From: Pseudomonadales bacterium
Lineage (GTDB): Bacteria > Pseudomonadota > Gammaproteobacteria > Pseudomonadales > JAUIET01
Assembly (NCBI GenBank): GCA_051008535.1
Contig: JBPCXM010000619.1
Coordinates: 1-44,390, forward strand
Length of the DNA: 44,390 nt
Direction: 5' to 3'
Shown here: positions 16,859 through 26,701 of the stretch, piece after piece
Layout of the letters: every line of letters begins with the position of its first letter
How positions within the stretch are numbered: position 1 is the first letter of the stretch
Notes under the pieces: model-generated
What the model was told of the DNA's origin: nothing
The model's database searches: none
The model's input: only the letters and a program-made list of their open reading frames with translations
Position numbers and translations under genes: made by a program

Positions 16859-17986
16859 ATGCTGTCAAAATTTGACGACTACCCAATTCATCAAACGGCG
16901 AAACCCCTCTTTCACACCGCCTCAAGTGATCGTTTTACCTATGACCGCTATTGGTACAACGGCCATGCAGGGGATGGTGCGTTCTACTTTGGTATTGCGC
17001 TGTGTCGTTATCCCAACTTGGGAATTCTCGATTGCGGCTTTAGCCTAGTAATCGACGGGCATCAGTATGCATTTCATGGATCACGTCGCGCGCCAGCAGA
17101 ACCGACTGAAACCGTAGTGGGGCCGTTAGCTCTACAAATACTTGAGCCAATGGGAAGACATAGGCTGCTGATTGGGCCCAACGAAACCGGCATCGAATGC
17201 GACCTTGTGTTCACGCCACGCACGGCCGTGATTGAAGAGGGTCATCAAACGCTGAGCAACGAACGACATGTTGTGATGGATGCAACCCGACTTGACCAAT
17301 TCGGTTTCTGGCACGGCAGCGTTCGTTACGATGGCAAGGAAATTGTCGTTGATGGCCGGAACACCTATGGACTTAAAGATCGCTCCTGGGGCATCCGTCC
17401 TGTTGGCGCAGCATACGATGGCGGCGCGCCTTTGGATAACTACCAAGCCGTGCACTTCGTTTGGGCGCCAATACATTGGGACGACCACTGTACCCTTGCC
17501 AGCTTTTTCGAAGACGATAAGGGGCATCAGTGGCATAACGACCAGGCTATTTTACCCACGTACCCAAGCATGGAGGATATACCTGGAGTCAACGATGCAG
17601 CCGGCGAAATATGGAGGGGCACCGTGAAGCATAACCTGACGATGGAACCCGGCACCCGCCGCGCAACAGATGCCAGCATTGTCATGACCGACAAATCAGG
17701 AGAAACGCTTGAAATAAGCTTGCAGCCTTCATTGCTCTATCGCATGAAAGGCATCGGTTATCAACACCCTGATTGGGGGCATGGACAGTGGAAAGGCGAA
17801 CTCGCTATCGGCGGAGAAAGTTGGAAGTGCACTGATGTTGACCCGTTAGCTTTGGAGAATATTCATATTCAACAAGTGGTGACAGCGAAATGCGGTGACA
17901 AAACCGGGTACGGTGTTCTGGAACAAATGCATATTGGCCCTTACCAAACCTATGGATTCAAAGACTGGTTCGACGGTGCGTCCTAA
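16859..17986 (+). CDS. conserved hypothetical all-beta protein (tocopherol-cyclase/AttH-like fold suspected)
   Basis: The ORF-track start at 16598 overlaps the SDR; the likely start is ATG 16859 with a GGAG RBS. LSKFDDYPIHQT..DRYWYN..YPNLG..DRSWGIRP..GY.HP.WGHG motifs. Confidence 0.7.
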   Translation: MLSKFDDYPIHQTAKPLFHTASSDRFTYDRYWYNGHAGDGAFYFGIALCRYPNLGILDCGFSLVIDGHQYAFHGSRRAPAEPTETVVGPLALQILEPMGRHRLLIGPNETGIECDLVFTPRTAVIEEGHQTLSNERHVVMDATRLDQFGFWHGSVRYDGKEIVVDGRNTYGLKDRSWGIRPVGAAYDGGAPLDNYQAVHFVWAPIHWDDHCTLASFFEDDKGHQWHNDQAILPTYPSMEDIPGVNDAAGEIWRGTVKHNLTMEPGTRRATDASIVMTDKSGETLEISLQPSLLYRMKGIGYQHPDWGHGQWKGELAIGGESWKCTDVDPLALENIHIQQVVTAKCGDKTGYGVLEQMHIGPYQTYGFKDWFDGAS

Positions 17987-18008
17987 TTTATTACCTCTAA
18001 GCAAGCCT

Positions 18009-21000
18009 ATGCTGCGAACATCAACACTTCTCACCGTACTGACACTGACCCTGCTGCTCAGCAGCTGTGACTGGTTAGGCAACAATCCACCGTCACTGGA
18101 AGAAGGTTACGAATATCTCTTTGACGGCGCTACGTTAAAGGGCTGGACCAAAATCGGCGGTGAAGCCACATTTCATGTAGACGACCAGAATATTGTTGGC
18201 CAGGTCGGCCCTGGTGAAAACACGTTCTTACGCACTCAGCGTGAGTTCGGCGATTTCATTTTAAAAATGGAAGTGAAATTTGACGAGTTGGGCAACTCAG
18301 GTGTGTTGTTCCGCGCCCAACAACGCGACGCTGACCACGAACATTCCGGACGAGCCTACGGTTACCAATACGAACTCGACCACACCGAGCGTGCCTGGTC
18401 TGGTGGTATCTACGACGAAGCCCGCCGTGGATGGCTGTACAACCTGGAAGACAACGCCGCCGCTCGTGCCGCTATTCGTCTCGACGACTGGAATGAAGTC
18501 AGCATAGAAGCGATTGGCGGCTCGATTAAAACATCTCTTAATGGCGAGACTGCCGCCGAGCTGGCCGACGCGATGGACTTGTCAGGCTTTATTGGCTTAC
18601 AGGTTCACGCCGGCGAGACGGGTATTATTCGCTGGCGCAATATCCGCATCAAAGATCTGGGCCAACACGAGTGGCAGACCGTCGGTCTGGCCGAAGTGGA
18701 TGGCTGGAAGGCTAACAACGGCGAGATAAAGTTTAACAATAACAACCTTGCTGTCGATGCCACTGACAACAAAGCCACCCGACTAACTACCCGCCGACAA
18801 TTAGGTGATTTTGCTATTCGCTTTGACCTTCCTGCTTGCGCGCAAGACGCTACGATTAATGTGCGCGCGGTCGATACAAGCGAAGGAGTGAGCATACAGC
18901 TTACCCGGGATCAAGCGACTCTCACCTTGTTGGGTGAAGACGACGAAAATCGGGGCAACATGGAATTGGATACCGCTCTTGCGGCGAAGCGCATTAACGT
19001 AGCCGCAGTGGGCGACACCTTGACCGCCAGTATCAACGAACAATTACTAGGGCGAATCAATGGTGGGCTGCCAGACCGCGGCAAACTCATTATCGAGATC
19101 ACTCCCTGCAAAGGAGGGCAAGTCACCCTTAATAATATCGAGTGGCTGGATCTTAAACAAAAACCGACGAAAAAACTCTTTTATCAAACACTGGATACAC
19201 CGCCCGCCCCCGTACTTAGCCCCGAAGAAGCACTACAAAGCTTTAAGCTTGCGCCCGGCTTTTCTATTGAGTTGGTAGCAGCCGAACCTCTAGTCGCCGC
19301 ACCGGTAGCGGTGACATGGGACGAGGATGGTCGCTTGTTTGTGGTCGAAATGCGCGGCTTTATGCCCGACGCCTATGGTGACGGTCAGGAACAACCAGTG
19401 GGACAAGTCGTTATGTTAGAAGATACCGACGCAGACGGAAAAATGGATTCCAGCACGGTATTCCTCGGCGAGCTAGTAAACCCCAGAGCCGTGGCAGTCG
19501 TCAATGAAGGCATATTGATCGGCGAACCGCCCAATCTATGGTTGTGCAAAAACGGTAGTGACAGTGACAGTAGCAGCAAAAAAACCTGTGGCAACAAAAT
19601 TCGCCTCGGTGACTACGGCGAGTACGAGACCGAAGCAAATGTCGAGTATAGCGAAAACGGCATGCTGATAGGCTTGGACAATTGGATTTACAACGCGAAA
19701 AGTAACAGACGGTTCCGAATTGCCGACGACAAACTAATCGAAGACGCGACTGTCGATCGCGGTCAATGGGGAATTACGCAGGACAACGAAGGCCGGATTT
19801 TTCACAATAACAATTCGGTTTTTGTTAACGGCGACATGTTTCCGGCGGAGTATGTTTTGGCATCAGCGCTAAGCACCGGTGCCAACGGAATAAACAGCGC
19901 CGTCAGCGATCGACCCGACGGCACGGAGGAAGTGTTCAGTGTTCGCGTTAATCCAGGAGTCAATCGGGCGTATCTGGATGGCACCCTAAAAAAAGATGGC
20001 CGACTGGCCTCCCCCACTGCGGTTAGCGGTCTCGCCGTGTATCGCGGCGCCGTGTTCCCGGCCGAATATGCGGGCGATATTTTCGTGACCGAACCAGCTG
20101 GCAATGTGGTGGCACAGTTCCGCTTGAGCGAGCACGGCCTTGAAGTACGCGGCGAGCATATCACTCACCCCGACGAGCAATGGGGGCAACGGGAATTTTT
20201 GGCCTCAAGCGATGAACGCTTCCGACCAGTGGATGCCAAAGTCGGGCCCGACGGCGCGCTATATATTATCGATATGTACCGCGGCATCATTCAGGATCAG
20301 GCTTTTCTGACCGACGAGCTGCGCGAGCAGATTTTTGAACGCAACTTGGATAAGCCGTTAGACCGTGGTCGCATCTGGCGCATTACGCACAAAGACACGC
20401 CGGTAGCGCGCGAACCAAGTAATCTGCCACAGGCCAGTCCGCAACAGTTGATCGGCGCCCTCTCCCACCCCAACGGTTGGCGACGCGATACGGCGCAACG
20501 GCTGCTGGCAACAAAACCATCCACCAGCGTTGCTTTGCGCCGCTTAGCCGCTAGTGGCAAGGGCCTTGGCGCTAGCCACGCACTGTGGACGTTGCAAGCC
20601 CAGAGGAAGCTGGATCGTGAAACAGTTTTGGCAGCACTGGATAGAGGTGAACGAGCTGTCCAACTGCAAGCCCTGCGGGCTGGCATCGATGTTCTCGAAG
20701 CAGGTGACGTGCTAACGCAGATCACACGGTTAAAAACTACTGGCGACAAACTACGTCACCAGCTGGTATTTAACCTGGCACCCCACAATGACGAAGCTCG
20801 AGTTCAAACGGCACTGCTGAGCATTCTCAGCAGCGAGACGGAAAATTCTTACCTTGCGGAGGCAGTCACCAATGCATCCCGAGGCATTGAATGGACTTTT
20901 ATGCAGCAACTGCTAGGCGATACACGTTGGAGCGAAACCTCGGCTGCACGTAGTGCGGTGATCAAACAACTGGCCGCAAACACGTATAGCGCATTGCGCG

Positions 21001-21944
21001 GCGACTTAAGCGCAACCGGCCCTGCACCGGCATTGTTACAGCAGCTACTCACACTTACGCAAGAACAAAGCGGCACCGGAGAATGGCGCCAAATCGCGAT
21101 GCTAGAAGGCTTTAAAAGCGTTAGCACGCGCGACGGTTTCGTCCCGGCTAATCTTCCCGAAGCACCGCCGCTATTTAGCGATGGAACGATAGACGAAGCT
21201 AACCCCTTATGGGATGCGCGGCTGCAAGGTCGACGCGCATTCACCTGGCCGGGCGATGAATTGGCCGCGGGACTTAAACCCCTAAGCGCTAATCAGCTCG
21301 CGCAGCTCGAGAAAGGAAAACTGTTGTATAAGCACTGTGCTGCCTGCCATGGCCCCAACGGACTAGGCTCTCCCGGTCTGGCGCCAACGCTGGTGGGCAC
21401 GTCGTGGGTATTAGGTCCTCCAGAATGGCTGACCCGCATAGTCATGCAAGGTATAAGCGGCCCAATAGAAATTGATGGCCAAACATGGGACGGCGTTATG
21501 CCCGGCCATATCTCCATGCCCGATTTCGACGACGACTCCATCGCGGGGTTATTGACCTTTGTGCGTCGTTCTTGGGGCAACACTGAAAACCCTGTTGCAG
21601 CAGAGCTTGTCGCTCAAGTTAGACAACAGACCAACAATCGTGGCAAGCCCTGGACTGCTGCCGAACTCAAAAAAGTGCCGTTCAGTCGTGGCTATGAAAA
21701 ATTTGCAGGCAAGTATAAGCTCAGCTTTGTGAAGTTCACCGTCACCGCCGAAGCCGATGCACTGCACATGAAAGTTCCTATGTATGGCAGCGGTCCCATG
21801 CAGCAAGTAGACGACATAACATTTAACGCAAGCACAGGCGGCCAAGATGTTAAGGTTGAATTTGAGCTCGCGACCGATGGTAGCGTGCCAGCTATGTTTG
21901 TTTATCGCGACGGACAGAAGATGCGCGCCGAGAGAGTTGAATAG
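18009..21944 (+). CDS. large lipoprotein: DUF1080 (3-keto-disaccharide hydrolase-like) + PVC-type dehydrogenase beta-propeller + HEAT repeats + cytochrome c
   Basis: Likely start ATG 18009 with lipobox LSSC; LFDG.TL.GW..NSGVLFR..GYQYEL..WN..GFIGLQVH..WRNIRIK (DUF1080); LSPEEAL.SF.L..GF.IELVAAEP..FRPV....GPDGALYIIDMY; HPNGWRRDTAQRLL; CAACH with distal M (VMPG). Confidence 0.85.
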   Translation: MLRTSTLLTVLTLTLLLSSCDWLGNNPPSLEEGYEYLFDGATLKGWTKIGGEATFHVDDQNIVGQVGPGENTFLRTQREFGDFILKMEVKFDELGNSGVLFRAQQRDADHEHSGRAYGYQYELDHTERAWSGGIYDEARRGWLYNLEDNAAARAAIRLDDWNEVSIEAIGGSIKTSLNGETAAELADAMDLSGFIGLQVHAGETGIIRWRNIRIKDLGQHEWQTVGLAEVDGWKANNGEIKFNNNNLAVDATDNKATRLTTRRQLGDFAIRFDLPACAQDATINVRAVDTSEGVSIQLTRDQATLTLLGEDDENRGNMELDTALAAKRINVAAVGDTLTASINEQLLGRINGGLPDRGKLIIEITPCKGGQVTLNNIEWLDLKQKPTKKLFYQTLDTPPAPVLSPEEALQSFKLAPGFSIELVAAEPLVAAPVAVTWDEDGRLFVVEMRGFMPDAYGDGQEQPVGQVVMLEDTDADGKMDSSTVFLGELVNPRAVAVVNEGILIGEPPNLWLCKNGSDSDSSSKKTCGNKIRLGDYGEYETEANVEYSENGMLIGLDNWIYNAKSNRRFRIADDKLIEDATVDRGQWGITQDNEGRIFHNNNSVFVNGDMFPAEYVLASALSTGANGINSAVSDRPDGTEEVFSVRVNPGVNRAYLDGTLKKDGRLASPTAVSGLAVYRGAVFPAEYAGDIFVTEPAGNVVAQFRLSEHGLEVRGEHITHPDEQWGQREFLASSDERFRPVDAKVGPDGALYIIDMYRGIIQDQAFLTDELREQIFERNLDKPLDRGRIWRITHKDTPVAREPSNLPQASPQQLIGALSHPNGWRRDTAQRLLATKPSTSVALRRLAASGKGLGASHALWTLQAQRKLDRETVLAALDRGERAVQLQALRAGIDVLEAGDVLTQITRLKTTGDKLRHQLVFNLAPHNDEARVQTALLSILSSETENSYLAEAVTNASRGIEWTFMQQLLGDTRWSETSAARSAVIKQLAANTYSALRGDLSATGPAPALLQQLLTLTQEQSGTGEWRQIAMLEGFKSVSTRDGFVPANLPEAPPLFSDGTIDEANPLWDARLQGRRAFTWPGDELAAGLKPLSANQLAQLEKGKLLYKHCAACHGPNGLGSPGLAPTLVGTSWVLGPPEWLTRIVMQGISGPIEIDGQTWDGVMPGHISMPDFDDDSIAGLLTFVRRSWGNTENPVAAELVAQVRQQTNNRGKPWTAAELKKVPFSRGYEKFAGKYKLSFVKFTVTAEADALHMKVPMYGSGPMQQVDDITFNASTGGQDVKVEFELATDGSVPAMFVYRDGQKMRAERVE

Positions 21945-22028
21945 ACGTTAGGTCACGATCAACTGCGCGCGTGGCTGAAGTAGAATCGCCCGCCATCAAT
22001 TCGGGCATATTAGAAACGGGAAACAACT

Positions 22029-22874
22029 TTGAACAAAAAACTAAAAACTTCGCTCAAAATTGGTGGCGTATTGCTTGGCATTGGACTGCTGGTAGTTGTC
22101 AGCGGCATCGTCTGGTTTTACTTAGACCAACGACAAATGTTCAGCGACCCCGTATTCGATACGATCGCGCCAGAGCTACCTCCCTTGCAAAGCGACAAAG
22201 CAGTGTTGGTATTCAGTAAGACGAACGGGTTTCGCCATCGTGACGGAATTGCCGGCGGACTGGTAGCGTTCGAGAAGCTCGCAAAGGAATTGGGATGGGA
22301 TATGTTTGCCACCGAGAATGGCGCGGTATTCAACGCCGAACAGCTGTCCCGTTTTGACGCCATCGTCTGGTTATGCACCACTGGTCCCGCCTTGACCACG
22401 GAACAACAAAGCGCCTTTCAAGGCTATCTAGAAAACGGTGGCGGATATATAGGGCTGCACGCGGCCGGCGACGGTTCACACAAAGACTGGAGCTGGTACG
22501 TAAAGGAAGTTATCGGTACGTCATTTGTAGGCCACCCGATTAACCCACAATTTCAAGATGCAGTGGTGACGGTGGAGACACCGTCACACCCGACCATGAA
22601 TCATTTGCCAGCAACATTTACCCACAATGAAGAGTGGTATGGATTCGATAAAAGTCCACGCCGCGTAGGCTTAACAGTGCTGGCGACGGTCGATGAAAAA
22701 ACCTATGAGCCGCAGTACACCGCTATGGGAGATGACCACCCTATTATCTGGGTTCACCCCCAGGGTCAGGGTCGTGTGTTCTATTCCGCTCTTGGCCATC
22801 AGGCGTCGGCCTATGACAGCAGTGATTACATGCAAGTGCTAAGTAAGGCACTGATGTGGGTGGCGGGGAATTGA
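22029..22874 (+). CDS. ThuA-like (class I GATase-fold) protein with N-terminal membrane anchor
   Basis: VLVFSKTNGFRH, GGGYIGLHAA, EEWY, DHPIIW, GRVFYSALGH; TTG start. Confidence 0.85.
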   Translation: MNKKLKTSLKIGGVLLGIGLLVVVSGIVWFYLDQRQMFSDPVFDTIAPELPPLQSDKAVLVFSKTNGFRHRDGIAGGLVAFEKLAKELGWDMFATENGAVFNAEQLSRFDAIVWLCTTGPALTTEQQSAFQGYLENGGGYIGLHAAGDGSHKDWSWYVKEVIGTSFVGHPINPQFQDAVVTVETPSHPTMNHLPATFTHNEEWYGFDKSPRRVGLTVLATVDEKTYEPQYTAMGDDHPIIWVHPQGQGRVFYSALGHQASAYDSSDYMQVLSKALMWVAGN

Positions 22875-23019
22875 GGCAGTGCCACTAAAGAAGAGATGGT
22901 TACAGTGGCACGGCTTGCAGAACTCTTCTGTGTTGAAGCTGATCCCGATACCTGTAGGGTGATTTGAATAGCATGACAGTTCGTTTTTGCCCCATAGTTT
23001 GTTTTAACTGACAGCAGAA

Positions 23020-24144
23020 ATGGAACAACAGGCAGCGGACATTATTGTTATTGGAGGTGGGATTGCCGGGGTTTCAGCCGCCGCAGAACTGGCTTCTCAC
23101 AGCAAAGTACTGTTACTGGAACAGGAGTCGCAACTGGGTTATCACGCTACCGGACGCAGTGCCGCTGCGCTCGATGCGCGCTATGGCAGCGATGCCGTGC
23201 AAGCAATGACTGCATCGAGCCAGGTGTTTTTTCGGTCCCCACCCAATGGGTTTTCCGAGCTTGCACTGATTCGTCCCCGCAACTTTCTATTTATTGCCCG
23301 CGAAGATCAACTCTCGCGAATAAAAGCTATGCGTGCCGAGGATCCGCTTTTACAAGTGCTTTCTGCTGAGGCTGCCTGCCGGGAAGTACCGCTTTTATCC
23401 ACTGACTATGTAGCCGGCGCTGTGCAAGATAGCCGGTGCGGAGATTTGGACGTGGACGCCATTTTTCAGGCTTACCTGCGGCTCTTCCGCCGGCACAGCG
23501 GCGAGTTGGTCTGCAGCTGTAAGGTCAATTCCCTAAAGTTTGAGTCGGGTCGCTGGCAACTGCAATGCGGAGAGAAGCAGTTTCATGCGCCTATTGTAGT
23601 CAACGCCGCTGGCCCCTGGGCAGACACCATCGCAGAATTAGCGGGAATAGGCGGGCTGGGTATTACCCCCATGCGACGCACCGCAGTGCTTATCGATCCG
23701 CCTCCTGATGCCAACATCGGTAATTGGCCAATGGTGGTGGATATCGATGAACAGTTGTATTTTAAACCAGATGCCGGGCAACTGTTGGTCTCGCCCGCGG
23801 ATGAAACCCCCAGTGTCGCTTGTGATGCAAGTCCGGAAGAGTTGGATGTCGCCATTGCCGTTGATCGGTTTAAAAAAATGACCTGCATGGAAGTACGACG
23901 CATCAACCATCGATGGGCAGGCCTGCGTAGTTTTGCGCCAGACAGAAATTTTGTACTCGGTTTCGATCCACGCGCGACGGGCTTTTTCTGGTTGGCAGGT
24001 CAAGGAGGGTACGGTGTGCAAACTGCACCAGCGGTTGCAAATCTGGCCACTGCGTTGATAACGGGGACACCGTTAACTTCAGAATTTACAACGCTGTCGA
24101 CGCTAAACGATGTACTGGCACCCCAGCGTTTATTGAGTCAATAG
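23020..24144 (+). CDS. FAD-dependent D-amino acid oxidoreductase, D-arginine dehydrogenase DauA-like
   Basis: IGGGIAG, GYHATGRSAA, VNAAGPWAD, YFKPDAG, WAGLRSF, GQGGYGVQT, collinear with recalled Pseudomonas DauA. Confidence 0.8.
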   Translation: MEQQAADIIVIGGGIAGVSAAAELASHSKVLLLEQESQLGYHATGRSAAALDARYGSDAVQAMTASSQVFFRSPPNGFSELALIRPRNFLFIAREDQLSRIKAMRAEDPLLQVLSAEAACREVPLLSTDYVAGAVQDSRCGDLDVDAIFQAYLRLFRRHSGELVCSCKVNSLKFESGRWQLQCGEKQFHAPIVVNAAGPWADTIAELAGIGGLGITPMRRTAVLIDPPPDANIGNWPMVVDIDEQLYFKPDAGQLLVSPADETPSVACDASPEELDVAIAVDRFKKMTCMEVRRINHRWAGLRSFAPDRNFVLGFDPRATGFFWLAGQGGYGVQTAPAVANLATALITGTPLTSEFTTLSTLNDVLAPQRLLSQ

Positions 24145-24180
24145 ATCTACAATAGTCGGAGGAAGGCTAGAGTGCCTATT

Positions 24181-24663
24181 TCACAACCATTTATACATAA
24201 CCAATGCATCAACGTAGCCTTGATCTGGATGCTTGAAAGCTCTCGGAAGGCAGCCAACCGATTCAAAACCGAGTTTTTTCCACAGTTTAACTGCACCTTC
24301 ATTGCTTGTTGAAACAAAGTTGAACTGCATAGCCTTATAACCAAGTTCTTTAGCGATTTTCTGCGAATGTTCACACATTGCAGTCGCCAGGCCGCGCCCA
24401 CGAGCGTCCGACGATACCATGTAGCCACAATTACAAACATGATCTCCGGGGCCGCCTTGGTTCGTTTTTATATAGTAGGTACCTAGAACAGCTCTAGCTT
24501 CCTCAAATACATATGTCTTTCGCGGCGACTCAATCCAAATCTTGAGAGCCTGTTCTTTCGCTGTGTCAGATGGGTAAGCATACGTGTCTCCTGCAGCAAC
24601 AATTTCATTGAAAATTGGCCAAATTGAATCGAAGTCTTCCTCAGTTGCCTCTCTAATATTCAT
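24181..24663 (-). CDS. GNAT family N-acetyltransferase
   Basis: NCGYMV...ARGRGLA acetyl-CoA motif, MQFNFVSTSN..AV.LW.KLGF. Confidence 0.9.
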   Translation of the reverse strand: MNIREATEEDFDSIWPIFNEIVAAGDTYAYPSDTAKEQALKIWIESPRKTYVFEEARAVLGTYYIKTNQGGPGDHVCNCGYMVSSDARGRGLATAMCEHSQKIAKELGYKAMQFNFVSTSNEGAVKLWKKLGFESVGCLPRAFKHPDQGYVDALVMYKWL

Positions 24664-24809
24664 AGCTATCGTCTTGCTAGTGAAACATAACAGGTGAGTT
24701 TCTCGACCCCCGCTATACTTTGCGATAACGAGGAGTGAGAATCATAAGGCCAAGAATTTTCGACCCGACCGGCCAGGAAAGAATAGTGAAAAACAGGCGC
24801 GCCGGATTG

Positions 24810-26459
24810 TTAGTGACTGCCCAATTTACAGAAACACGAAGATTTTACCGGTACATCTGTTCGTCCATTCGCGAGATCCAGACGATTCTTGATGATGATT
24901 GCCTCTCCCTCCCGATCGAGCCGCAGCAGACATTCGTGGTAACCGTGCAAGCTCCAGACGTTGTCGGGATGTTGGCAGGCGCGGCTCAACGTTGTATCTA
25001 ACCCCAAGTCGGCTCGGTAGACTTCAGCCGCATCTTCCACCCGGTTTTGCTCCAGCAATAGTGCTCCCAATGCGTGACGGGTAGGCTGCATCCAGCCCCA
25101 GGGCTCGTCATAGGGTAGGTTGTCGTCCAGCTTCACAGACTTGCCCAAATGTGCGAATGCGCTTTCATATTCTCCGTTGCGGTAGTCGATTTCCCCCAGC
25201 ATCATTTCTCGCGCCACTGCAAGGATATCCAGGCAAGTATTGTTGAAGACATAGCGGCTGCCCGGCACCCGCTCCATCGCTTCGTCAAACAGTTCTGCTT
25301 GCCGCTCAGCGCCGGGAACATTGCCGCTTGCAGCAAGGGCCACGGCTTTGGAGTAGTGCATCATGGCCGTGGTCACGCAATAGAGCCCTTGATTTTCCGG
25401 CAGGGATTGGTCGATTATCTCCTGCCACTTGCCGAAGCGGATATAAACATGCTGCTTCATCGAGATGAAACCTTCCAGCCAATCCGCCATGGGGGGAGAT
25501 TCGACCTGTAGCAATGCTTCTGGCAGGGTTGAGATCATTTCTTCGGCAGTCTCGATTGCGGGGCGATACTGGCCGAGGAACATCGCACCATAAATTTTGA
25601 AGTGATAGTCATGGCAACGATAAAGCGAATAGAAGTTGATTGGACCTTCGCGCTCTAGAAACTTTCGGTCGGCAACTATCGCAGCTGTATTGGACGAAAC
25701 GACCCTTTCATAGTGACCGCACAACACATCGATGTGGGTCGGCATGTGATTGAGGTGTCCTGCATCCGGCACCAGGGAACGGAGGGCATCGCTGGCTTTC
25801 AAAGCGCGCTGCGGATGGGGTGACATCTCCATCAGATGAATATAGATGTGCAGCAAGCCCGGGTGTTCCAGTGCGCCATCGAGTTTCAGCGCTTTCTCAA
25901 GCACTTCGATGGCCTCAGCTGTGTTAGCGCCTGCCGCGATCTGTCCGGTTGTGAGATCCCAAAGCGCCCAGGGCGTGCGATTCATAATAGCTTCGCCGAA
26001 CAGGGTCGCAACCTCGAGGTCGTCGCTGAATTCGGCGTACACCTTGCGCATCGCATTGGCGAAATCATCATTCCAGGGGCTCATGTCCTCGGCTGGCGCG
26101 GGCACCGGGTAGCGGTAAGGCAGAGCGCTGATCAGGGCTTTTTCGAACGCCGACACATTATCCCGGCGGCTCAAGGCCTCTTGCGTGGCATCGTACGCGG
26201 TCGTCACTGAGCGCTGGGCATCCTCTTGGTCAAAGGCTTCCCATGGCTTGTTGTAATTGCAGCCTGAAGAATAGGCGATACCCCAGTAAGCCATAGCGCA
26301 GTCTGGATCGAATTCCAGCGCACGCTTGTAGCAAGCAACGGACTCATCGTGGTTGAAGCCATAACACCACAGGAGGCCACGATCGAACCAGCGCTGTGCC
26401 TCCGCGGATCGAGTGGTGACTGCGCGGCTATAACTACCCAGATCGTAGTAATCGCTCAT
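24810..26459 (-). CDS. tetratricopeptide-repeat protein with conserved His-rich motifs
   Basis: AQ.WFDRGL..CYGFNH.E...DP.CAMAYWG; HPGLLHIYIHLME; AGHLNHMPTHID; YDEP.GW..P.RH.LG; HP.N.WSLHG. Confidence 0.75.
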   Translation of the reverse strand: MSDYYDLGSYSRAVTTRSAEAQRWFDRGLLWCYGFNHDESVACYKRALEFDPDCAMAYWGIAYSSGCNYNKPWEAFDQEDAQRSVTTAYDATQEALSRRDNVSAFEKALISALPYRYPVPAPAEDMSPWNDDFANAMRKVYAEFSDDLEVATLFGEAIMNRTPWALWDLTTGQIAAGANTAEAIEVLEKALKLDGALEHPGLLHIYIHLMEMSPHPQRALKASDALRSLVPDAGHLNHMPTHIDVLCGHYERVVSSNTAAIVADRKFLEREGPINFYSLYRCHDYHFKIYGAMFLGQYRPAIETAEEMISTLPEALLQVESPPMADWLEGFISMKQHVYIRFGKWQEIIDQSLPENQGLYCVTTAMMHYSKAVALAASGNVPGAERQAELFDEAMERVPGSRYVFNNTCLDILAVAREMMLGEIDYRNGEYESAFAHLGKSVKLDDNLPYDEPWGWMQPTRHALGALLLEQNRVEDAAEVYRADLGLDTTLSRACQHPDNVWSLHGYHECLLRLDREGEAIIIKNRLDLANGRTDVPVKSSCFCKLGSH

Positions 26460-26701
26460 TGATCAGTTCTCCGGTTTCCGTTCTTTTAGCACTCCTAGCC
26501 CTAGCCAGCTTTGCCTTCGTTGGTACGCCACGGATCAATGAGCAGTGGGATGAATCGCGTCAATTCGGAGTTAGCAACGATTCCGTAGAGCCATTGTCAC
26601 GGTCAGCAACGCGATCATACACCAGTCAATCGGTGCAGGAAAATCTAGTGTCAGAAATCAACACAACCGGCGCCGAGCTCACGTTAGCCATAGTTTCAGG
26701 A

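Noticed and set aside
22905-22919. TGGCACGGCTTGCA resembling a sigma-54 promoter upstream of the DauA-like gene
   Set aside because: The GG-to-GC spacing is 8 nt, not the obligatory 10.
23020-24144. Link between the DauA-like enzyme and arginine released from cyanophycin
   Set aside because: It lies more than 10 kb away, has no dauB partner, and cyanophycin contains L-Arg; its substrate is unproven.
24145-24700. GNAT gene as an integron cassette (GTTATGT just upstream on the minus strand)
   Set aside because: No matching inverse core (RYYYAAC) or attC hairpin after the stop, and no intI nearby.
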